The position numbers and the translations under genes were made by a program. A stretch of DNA of 64,000 bases from the NCBI RefSeq assembly GCF_029227855.1, contig NZ_CP074356.1; one strand, written 5' to 3'. Position 1 is the first letter of the stretch. Every line of letters starts with the position of its first letter. The notes below the pieces were generated by a model. That model worked only from the letters and a program-made list of their open reading frames with translations, made no database searches and was not told the origin of the DNA. Shown piece by piece: positions 56,455-64,000 of the stretch. The DNA comes from Escherichia coli. GTDB taxonomy: Bacteria; Pseudomonadota; Gammaproteobacteria; Enterobacterales; Enterobacteriaceae.

Positions 56455-57057
56455 ATGGAAGCGCGAATTTCAACTGAACGGCATGTGCAGCGCCAGCAGA
56501 AATTGAAGGAACAGGTCGATACGCGCATCGCGGCGGCGATAGAGAAAAAAGGGATTTTGATTGTTTTCACCGGCAATGGCAAAGGGAAATCCACTGCCGC
56601 GTTTGGTACTGTGACGCGCGCGGTGGGTCATGGCAAAACGGTGGGGGTTGCGCAGTACATCAAGGGGCAATGGGACAACGGCGAATACAACCTTCTCCAG
56701 CCGCTGGGGGTTGAGTTTCATATTATGGGAACCGGTTTTACCTGGGAGACACAGAACCGGCAAGCGGATATCGACGCGGCGAAAGAGGTCTGGTCGGAAA
56801 GCAAACGGATGCTGGCTGACAAGCGTTACGACTTAGTGGTGCTTGATGAGCTGACCTATATGCTGGCTTACCATTATCTGGATACCGAAGAAGTGATCGC
56901 TTCTCTGCAAAACCGCCCGGCACAACAAAGTGTCATTGTCACCGGACGCGGTTGCCACAGTCAGATATTAAAAATGGCGGATACGGTCAGCGAAATCCGC
57001 CCCGTCAAACATGCTTTTGATAACGGCATTCAGGCGCAGCCGGGTATCGACTGGTAA
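56455..57057 (+). CDS. Cob(I)alamin adenosyltransferase paralogue (CobA/BtuR family)
   Basis: 200 aa ORF with P-loop GNGKGKSTAAFG and blocks shared with E. coli BtuR (RAVGHGK, TGFTWETQNR, LDELTYM, GRGCH, ADTVSE, RPVKHAF). Confidence 0.85.
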   Translation: MEARISTERHVQRQQKLKEQVDTRIAAAIEKKGILIVFTGNGKGKSTAAFGTVTRAVGHGKTVGVAQYIKGQWDNGEYNLLQPLGVEFHIMGTGFTWETQNRQADIDAAKEVWSESKRMLADKRYDLVVLDELTYMLAYHYLDTEEVIASLQNRPAQQSVIVTGRGCHSQILKMADTVSEIRPVKHAFDNGIQAQPGIDW

Positions 57058-57090
57058 TAACTGCGCCTGGCATCCCGCCAGGCGCAGGTT

Positions 57091-57996
57091 TTACATCTCC
57101 TGCGGTACAACCGATTTCGCCAGCAACCATTCACGAAATTGCTGCAAGTGCGGTGAGTCAGACTTCTCTTCCTGCCACGTCATAATAAAACGATTACCGG
57201 TACGAATAGGCACATCACAGGGGATCACCATATCGCCACTATCCAAATCATGTTGAATAGCGAAACGTGGTAACAGCGCCACGCCGAGATTAGAGCGCAC
57301 GGCGGCAATCAGCATTGAAAGCAAATCGAAACGTGGTCCGTTGTTGACCAGTGGACTGCTAACGCCAGATAAAGCAAACCACTCTTCCCAGCCAGTAATA
57401 CGGGTGCTTTGATGCAGAAGTGGTAACTCAGTAAGCAGTTCTGCCACTGACAGTTTTTGATCGGACATTGCAAGCAAACTGCCGCTGCATACCGGCAAAA
57501 TCTCCTCATCAAAGAGATATTCTACTTCCGCCCAGGGCGCGCAAAAATTTTCGCGCATAATGACAGCATCGTACTCCCGATTAAGAAAATCGCCGTTATT
57601 AGCTAAAGAGTGAATATTAACAATAATATCGGGATGTAACTTTGTGAATTCATGTAAATTTGGGATTAACCAGTGGGTACTAAACGTAGGATTCACGGCA
57701 AGTTCAATAACCTGAACCGTAGGCTGCCAGGTCATAATAGTATTGGTATCGCGTTCCAGCTTATTTAATGTTTCTTTTACTATCCCCAGGTAATACTTCC
57801 CTGCATCATTAAGAAAAATACGTTTTTTAGAGTGTGAAAATAACGGAGTATGTAAAAATTCCTCCAGCGCACTCACTTGTCTGAATACAGCACTTTGGGT
57901 TAACGCTAACTCCTCTGCCGCTCTGGTATAACTTTCATAACGTGCGACGACCTCAAAAGTCACCAGCAGCTCCGTTTTAGGTATTTTTCCTCGCAT
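57091..57996 (-). CDS. LysR-family transcriptional regulator
   Basis: Minus ORF with N-terminal helix-turn-helix (LVTFEVVARYESYTRAAEELALTQSAVFRQVSALEEFL) and a LysR substrate-binding domain; start assigned to the Met of MRGKIPKTELL (the ORF track begins 10 codons upstream); start uncertain. Confidence 0.8.
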   Translation of the reverse strand: MRGKIPKTELLVTFEVVARYESYTRAAEELALTQSAVFRQVSALEEFLHTPLFSHSKKRIFLNDAGKYYLGIVKETLNKLERDTNTIMTWQPTVQVIELAVNPTFSTHWLIPNLHEFTKLHPDIIVNIHSLANNGDFLNREYDAVIMRENFCAPWAEVEYLFDEEILPVCSGSLLAMSDQKLSVAELLTELPLLHQSTRITGWEEWFALSGVSSPLVNNGPRFDLLSMLIAAVRSNLGVALLPRFAIQHDLDSGDMVIPCDVPIRTGNRFIMTWQEEKSDSPHLQQFREWLLAKSVVPQEM

Positions 57997-58209
57997 AATT
58001 CCGTCCGTGAAAAAATAACAATTCAAAAATTATTTTATAAAAAACAGTAGCACTAATGAATATCATAATTCAAATAAACAAACCAGTCAGCTATATGTCT
58101 AACCAGGAAAATAAAGTGACAATAATCCTAAAACAGGAATTTCACCTCAGTTATCCGCATGCAATACTTTAAAGCTATTATTGCAAGAATATTATTCATA
58201 TACATGAAT

Positions 58210-58334
58210 ATACTCTAAATAAGTCAAGTTGCAGGAAGGGAACAAATAATGAATTTCCAGAAGCTTACATAAGTAAGTGACCTGAGTGAGCGAACATCGA
58301 TGCAGCACATGCAACTTGAATTATGACAAGTATA
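58210..58334. repeat. Diverged ERIC (IRU) element
   Basis: tatactctaaataagtcaagttgcaggaagg ... agcttacataagtaagtgacctgagtgagcgaac ... gcagcacatgcaacttgaattatgacaagtata aligns along its length with the ERIC copy at 11653-11779, with substitutions. Confidence 0.8.
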
Positions 58335-58585
58335 CAATGATAAATTTATATACCCTATGTTATATATTATCTATGTCCGGTTAAATTGAATGAGTCATGG
58401 CCTTAAAAGACTTCACAAAAGATAATTCCTCTTTAACAATAAGCCAGATTTACCACTTGTAAAACTTGCTATCGCCACATACACTACGCGCGTTTTCTTT
58501 CCCTTTTGCTGGCTGCTGACCGGAAAGACAAAATTACCCTCGCAATACAGGGGGTTGTTTAACGTCTATATTTCAGGACAGCGTT

Positions 58586-59983
58586 ATGCATCATCTTTCA
58601 AGGCTTGATAAAGCCTTTCTGCGCAAAGGGATCCAACTTTCCCGCGCCAACAATATTGTTTCATTATCTCGTCCATCAGGTGCCAGTGCCCGCGTACTGC
58701 TGCCGGACGAACTGCCGCTGGAAGAAAAAGCAGTAACACAACTGCTTGATTTTGCAGAAGTGAAGCTACCAGACCACCCAGGTTATGTGCGCCAGACGTG
58801 CGCGACGCCAGATTTTCATCCCGGCAATGGCGTCCCCGTTGGCGCGGTGGTGGCCTCAACGCCGGATTTAGTCATTCCCGCCGCCATCGGCACCGATATT
58901 TCTTGTGGCATGCGGCTGCTGACGACCGGATTAACACTTGAGCAAGCCGAAGCGCATAAAGACATCATCGCTCAGCGGTTAACGCAAGTGCTGCTGCAAA
59001 ATGAGCGCGATGTTCCGTTATCCGCACAGGCGTTCACTGCGCTTTTTGATGGCGGACCGGCAGATTGCGTGTCGACCTTGCCATCAGCAGGTCTCTGGAC
59101 ACGCACGAATATCCCCCGAATGGTACAAGAGATTGACTGCTGCATTGGGCTTAACGAGCATAACAGTCATTCGCGTTATGCCCCACCCGCCCTGCTGGCA
59201 ACGGACCGCGCATTACTCCGCGATCCTTGTCTGGGTACGCCGGGTTCAGGTAATCATTTTATTGAACTTCAGGTCGTTGATAGCGTGGTTGATCGCCATG
59301 TAGCCTGGCAACAAGGGCTGAAAACAGGCGATATTGTGGTGATGATCCACAGTGGATCGCGAGATGTTGGCTTTTACGTCGGAAGACGCTGGATGGATCG
59401 CGCCCGTGCTGAATGGCCCACCGGACATAAACATCCACAAAGCGGGTTATATGGTCTGGCAGGCGGACTGGCGGAGGAATATCTACAAGCGATAGGAATG
59501 GCTGCGCGTTACGCGTGGTTAAATCGCGTCACAATTGCCGAAATGGTGCGCGTATGTCTCGCCAATCTCTTTCATCAGGACAATTCGCATCTGGTGGTGG
59601 ATGTGCCGCATAACATCATCCTTCGCGAGCATGAAATGAATATTCATCGCAAAGGTGCAACACCGGCACGAGTGGGCGATCTGGCATTAATCCCCGGTTC
59701 AATGGGCGATTATTCGTGGCTTGCAGTCGGTTGCGGCAACCCGGAGTGGCTGTGGTCATGCAGTCACGGAGCAGGACGCAGCCAGCGTCGACAGGCCATG
59801 CGCTCAAGCGCGACTGAAGAGTCAACGCTGCCGTGGCAATGCGTCACATTGCGTGAAGAACGACGTCTTGAAGAAGCGCCAGCGGCTTATAAAGATATTG
59901 GTCCGGTTATCGAAGCCCAACAAGAAGCCGGATTAATTCAACCAGCGGTCAGATTTCGACCGTGGTTAACGTTTAAGGGGTAA
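58586..59983 (+). CDS. RtcB-family protein (RNA 3'-phosphate ligase paralogue), 465 aa
   Basis: ORF with RtcB-like blocks: TPDFHPGNGVPVG, GTDISCGM, GSGNHFIEL, HSGSRDVG, HNIILREHE, SCSHGAGR. No rtcA, rtcR or prfH-like gene adjacent. Confidence 0.8.
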   Translation: MHHLSRLDKAFLRKGIQLSRANNIVSLSRPSGASARVLLPDELPLEEKAVTQLLDFAEVKLPDHPGYVRQTCATPDFHPGNGVPVGAVVASTPDLVIPAAIGTDISCGMRLLTTGLTLEQAEAHKDIIAQRLTQVLLQNERDVPLSAQAFTALFDGGPADCVSTLPSAGLWTRTNIPRMVQEIDCCIGLNEHNSHSRYAPPALLATDRALLRDPCLGTPGSGNHFIELQVVDSVVDRHVAWQQGLKTGDIVVMIHSGSRDVGFYVGRRWMDRARAEWPTGHKHPQSGLYGLAGGLAEEYLQAIGMAARYAWLNRVTIAEMVRVCLANLFHQDNSHLVVDVPHNIILREHEMNIHRKGATPARVGDLALIPGSMGDYSWLAVGCGNPEWLWSCSHGAGRSQRRQAMRSSATEESTLPWQCVTLREERRLEEAPAAYKDIGPVIEAQQEAGLIQPAVRFRPWLTFKG

Positions 59984-60127
59984 CTGAAATGATAAATGGC
60001 CTGCGGTTCTCACGCAGGTCAAATCTGGTATCTGCGTAAGCTAACAAACTTGTTTATCAACAATCTCAGGCCATCCGAAGATGGCCTGAAATTATTGCCC
60101 CCCTTAGATACACTTTTAGCGCAATAA

Positions 60128-62761
60128 TCAGCCAAGGCGGTAGCTAAATGTCCGTGACTGCCCCGGTAAAAATGCCCCCAGTTCCTTTAAATTATCTCTT
60201 TCCGCTGTGCTGATGCTTTCATCCATCATCGTTTGCGTACATGAAATCACCTCACGACTGAACGCGACAGTTGCCTCACAGGTTGTCGATTCTGCCGGAT
60301 TAAACAGTCGCAATACCACTTCTTGCCGGTCTTCCGCTTTTTTAAGAGCGCTAATCAGGCATCCCACAGGGGGCATTTTCAGCAAGCTATAGCTTTCCGG
60401 CACATTGAATCCGGCTTTATTTAACTTCATCGCATCCCACGGGATTTTGTTGTAACACTGTACTGGCGTCAGCCATGCACGCGCCTGCTGGGCTACACCG
60501 GCGGTCGAAGGCGTACCTGTATAACTAAATAAGCTCAGACGGCAGCTAAAGGAGCCACGTAATTGTGAATCGGGCACCGGCATTTTTATACCCGAAGGAC
60601 GTCCAGGCCTTAAAAGCAGATCTTCTTTCCCCAGTAAGCCCACGCCACGCAGCAACGTAATGGCAAAGGTTTTCTTCTCTTCACCGATGACTTCGAATTC
60701 ACGTAGCCCTTCGCTAAAGACAGCCAGACCGTTACGCCCTTCCTGTAAGGCAGCATAGTTGAGCATATTCCATACCGGAACAGGCGCTTCTTTCCAGCCT
60801 TCTTGTTGCCAGACATCCATCGCACTGTCGCTCACCGGGCGCGTTAGCGAACCAAACTGGGTATCGGCCAGAACATTGTCGGTGTTGAAAGGTGTAGGGA
60901 CCAGGACGCGAAGGCGATGATCGTCAGCCTGGTTATCAAGGTTGATAACCACATCAATGCGCCTGCTGTTATCACTCAGAGTGACAACCAACTCCACCCC
61001 TACTCTACCCGTGCATTGCCGTGCGCTGCGTTCTTGTAGATTACGCGGCACCGCCATGTCATAGCGGATAACAGCCCTGCTCTGCCAGGCCTCATGAATA
61101 ATCTCGCATTGCGGTTTCGCATTCGCCGAAGTAATTACCCACTCTTCTTTTGCAGGTGAATAGTCATATTCATCACCATCATCAGAGCTTTCTTCAATTT
61201 GCAATACCCGGTCATAGCGCACACCGCTGTCTTTATCTACCAGTTGTAGCGTTCCATCCTCATTGAGCGCAATTTGCCAGAAAGCATTTTCCAGTATCCC
61301 TTCAGCGTCACTTTTTGCCGCAATCACGTTGCCAGGCTGATTCGTTTCGATATAAAGCGTGCGATAGCCCATAGAAGGGACAATCTGGTTGATCTGAATA
61401 TCAAACTCCATAAAGGGATCGTAATTACCGTAATGAACGATTTGCCGATCGATTAGGCCAGGATCGATCTCACGGGCATGGCGAATAAAATACGGTACAG
61501 GCTGACCGCGATCGTCCCGCAAATTAAACTGGCTAGCGCGCAGCCGCACAGTGGTGTTGATCACTTCTTCCCGCGGCCAGGGCATCAGGTTAAACAGCAC
61601 AAGTTTGTCGGCATCACTCTGTGGCATGTTATCGGCAATTTTGCGCATGTAGAAACGAATCAGATTATCCGCCATGTCTTCAGCCAGTTCGAAGCGGGCG
61701 ACGATTTCGCGATGAACTTTGTCACTGCAACAACAACCGATACTGTCGTGGGCATGATTTTTTAAGATCTCTTTCCACATTTTCTCCAGCAAGCCGTGGT
61801 GGTATTCAAAACCTAAAGTCCAGGCCAGTGTTGCCAGCGGTTCCAGCAGATTAACAATCTTATTTTCAATACGCGCGTGGGCAATTTTGATATCCATGCG
61901 CGTGGAACCGATGGTGCGATGCACGCGCATATATTTGCCATCGATAAATTCACCTTTCAGAGTCGCCAGATTATCTCGCTGCGCTTCAATCTGCTCGAAT
62001 ACCTCTTCAAAGCGGCTCATCACAAACTTTCGTTGAGGATAAATTTCGCGAAGTTTCTCCATCACTTCGAAGATATTTTGCTGCAATGGCATCTGATCAT
62101 GACCATTCGGCAATAAAATTTCTTTGGTTACTGACGCTTTTTCCAGCACGTCAAAATAACTGTCGAGACGTTTGCGTAATCCGTCTTCGTCGGCAGGTAA
62201 GTACTTACCGATGGCGTAGCCCAGCGGCAGCACCTGCGCCGTCACTTCGCTACCATCACTGCTTTGCCACAAAAACTCGGTTTTATCAGTACCGTGGCGC
62301 TCAGAACATCCGCGCCAGAACATGGTGCGGGTAATGCCAAATCCATTGTAAATATGCGGCAGTTGCTCGGACATGCCAAAGGAATCTGGTAAATAACCTA
62401 TTTTCATCGGCTCGCCAAACGCGAGGCAGTCACGCATTCCGTACATCAGATTACGGACGATGGATTCCGCAGAAACAATCGTGGTATCGGTCTGGGTATA
62501 CCAGGGGCCGATAATCAACTTACCGGCTTCTACCAGTTTCTTCACGCGCTCTTTGTTTTCCGGTTTCACCGCGAAATAATCTTCGAGGATCGCCGTTTGC
62601 CCGTCGAGTACGTAATATTTGTATTCGTTGTCCTGTTCCAGTCGGCGCAGGATCTCTTCCATATTATTGACCAGCAGAATGCGTGACTCTTCGGTGGTGA
62701 AATACCACTCCCGATCCCAGTGCATATGCGGGGTGATGTGAACGCGAGATACCGCTTTCAT
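60128..62761 (-). CDS. mngB: Alpha-mannosidase MngB (mannosylglycerate hydrolase; GH38)
   Basis: 877 aa [47 protein letters not shown]... matching MngB. Confidence 0.95.
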   Translation of the reverse strand: MKAVSRVHITPHMHWDREWYFTTEESRILLVNNMEEILRRLEQDNEYKYYVLDGQTAILEDYFAVKPENKERVKKLVEAGKLIIGPWYTQTDTTIVSAESIVRNLMYGMRDCLAFGEPMKIGYLPDSFGMSEQLPHIYNGFGITRTMFWRGCSERHGTDKTEFLWQSSDGSEVTAQVLPLGYAIGKYLPADEDGLRKRLDSYFDVLEKASVTKEILLPNGHDQMPLQQNIFEVMEKLREIYPQRKFVMSRFEEVFEQIEAQRDNLATLKGEFIDGKYMRVHRTIGSTRMDIKIAHARIENKIVNLLEPLATLAWTLGFEYHHGLLEKMWKEILKNHAHDSIGCCCSDKVHREIVARFELAEDMADNLIRFYMRKIADNMPQSDADKLVLFNLMPWPREEVINTTVRLRASQFNLRDDRGQPVPYFIRHAREIDPGLIDRQIVHYGNYDPFMEFDIQINQIVPSMGYRTLYIETNQPGNVIAAKSDAEGILENAFWQIALNEDGTLQLVDKDSGVRYDRVLQIEESSDDGDEYDYSPAKEEWVITSANAKPQCEIIHEAWQSRAVIRYDMAVPRNLQERSARQCTGRVGVELVVTLSDNSRRIDVVINLDNQADDHRLRVLVPTPFNTDNVLADTQFGSLTRPVSDSAMDVWQQEGWKEAPVPVWNMLNYAALQEGRNGLAVFSEGLREFEVIGEEKKTFAITLLRGVGLLGKEDLLLRPGRPSGIKMPVPDSQLRGSFSCRLSLFSYTGTPSTAGVAQQARAWLTPVQCYNKIPWDAMKLNKAGFNVPESYSLLKMPPVGCLISALKKAEDRQEVVLRLFNPAESTTCEATVAFSREVISCTQTMMDESISTAERDNLKELGAFLPGQSRTFSYRLG

Positions 62762-62778
62762 CGTCGTTTCCTTTTTGT

Positions 62779-64000
62779 TTATGGCATTACGCCATCAGTC
62801 AGATAGTTGCCATGCTTAACCGCGTAACGCCGCCAGATCAGGAGAATTGCAGTCGAGATTGCAGCCCCCACCAATGCCGCACCAAACCAGCCAATTGCCG
62901 CCATAACACCGCCCGCGCCATTATCATGAAGTAAAAAGAGCGAGAAAATGCCGGCACCGGGTGTCGAAAGGCCGATATTCATCGCGCCGACAATAGCGCC
63001 CGTTACCATAGAGCCCAGCACAAACGAACCAATAACCCGCAGCGGATCTTCAATCGCCATCGGGATCGCCCCTTCGGTAATACCTGCCAGCCCTAACAGC
63101 CAGGTGGATTTCCCGGTCTCAATTTCAAACTCTTTAAACAGGCGCGGTGCGAGCATCGTGGAAGCGGTTACGGTAAATGCCGAAACCATTTTGACGGAGG
63201 CGAAAATGGCATACGGGCCGTAAACGCCGTTCGCCATTGCGCCCAGGCAGAATGCATAAGCGGCTTTGTTCACTGGCCCTCCAAGGTCAAAGGAACACAT
63301 AAAACCGAGAATGGCACCCAGCAACAGCGCGTTACTTCCTGACAGACCGTTCAGCCAGGCGGTAAGCGAGTTATTGATCCAGGCGACAGGTTCCCCCACC
63401 ACAAACAGCATCAGACTGCCCGCTCCCAACGTACCGAGCACCGGGTAGAGATAAAAAGTCAGGAATCCATTGAATTTACTGCTAAGACGTAAGTGATTTT
63501 TCACCCAGCGCATCAGATAACCGGCTATCAATCCGCCAACGACCGCGCCGAGAAACCCGGAACCGATCATGTTGGCGGCAAGTCCAGCCGCAAAGCCCGG
63601 CGCTAACGCCGGTTTATCTGCCAGCGAATAGGCGGTATAGGCTGCCAGCACCGGCACCATCAAAATCCCGAGCATCCCGCCGCCCAGTTTGCGGTACATC
63701 CACAACCAGGAGTTTTCTTCATTAAATAGATCTTGTAGCCCGAAGATTTGCGACAGTAATACCGCAACCGCCAGCACCGTACCCCCCGCGACAATCAACG
63801 GCACGGCGAAAGAGATCCCGCTTAACAGCGCCTGTTTCAGCTCCGTTTTGACGCTTTTCGCCGGTTGCGTATCTTGCTGTACGGTACGCGTCTCACCGCT
63901 ACGCTCGAGGGTCAGTGCTTGTTGGATCAACGCTTCAGCATGGCGAATCGGCTCGGCAACAGGCACTGAAAGCGCGGGAATGCCGTTAAAACGCTCACTC
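62779..64000 (-). CDS. mngA: PTS 2-O-alpha-mannosyl-D-glycerate transporter MngA (EIIABC), partial; 5' end beyond the window
   Basis: Minus-strand frame is open from the window end (reads ...[27 protein letters not shown]...) to the stop at 62779; the C-terminal part is a hydrophobic fructose-type EIIC domain. The ORF-track start at 63966 is an internal GTG. Confidence 0.9.
   Translation of the reverse strand, partial: SERFNGIPALSVPVAEPIRHAEALIQQALTLERSGETRTVQQDTQPAKSVKTELKQALLSGISFAVPLIVAGGTVLAVAVLLSQIFGLQDLFNEENSWLWMYRKLGGGMLGILMVPVLAAYTAYSLADKPALAPGFAAGLAANMIGSGFLGAVVGGLIAGYLMRWVKNHLRLSSKFNGFLTFYLYPVLGTLGAGSLMLFVVGEPVAWINNSLTAWLNGLSGSNALLLGAILGFMCSFDLGGPVNKAAYAFCLGAMANGVYGPYAIFASVKMVSAFTVTASTMLAPRLFKEFEIETGKSTWLLGLAGITEGAIPMAIEDPLRVIGSFVLGSMVTGAIVGAMNIGLSTPGAGIFSLFLLHDNGAGGVMAAIGWFGAALVGAAISTAILLIWRRYAVKHGNYLTDGVMP

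Overview
This window is Escherichia coli chromosome covering the uvrB–bio–ybh–mod–gal–gpmA–aroG–nadA–tol/pal–cydAB–mngBA region, presented in reverse orientation relative to the usual K-12 map as I recall it. About 50 kb is well-known core genome, with 7 tRNA genes (5 Lys, 2 Val), two ERIC repeats, REP elements and recognisable operator sites (LexA box at uvrB, bioO, ModE operator, gal OE/OI, an FNR box upstream of cydA). Two things are not K-12 backbone: an IS200-family insertion between gpmA and aroG (about 28.3–29.0 kb), and an approximately 15 kb accessory block between cydA and mngB (about 44.2–60.1 kb). The accessory block encodes a coenzyme-B12-dependent glutamate mutase (S, L and E components), 3-methylaspartate ammonia-lyase, a class I fumarase paralogue (mesaconase-type), a cob(I)alamin adenosyltransferase paralogue, a dicarboxylate/amino-acid symporter and a LysR regulator, which together look like a methylaspartate (mesaconate) pathway for glutamate catabolism. 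Embedded in or flanking it are genes I cannot assign a function to: two AT-rich ORFs at the cydA-side edge (314 and 140 aa), a translationally coupled 456 aa + 105 aa pair inside the operon, and an orphan RtcB-family paralogue. These are the best candidates for undescribed biology here. All calls rest on reading the sequence and the supplied ORF translations against remembered protein families; no database search was run, so family assignments for the accessory genes need confirmation.
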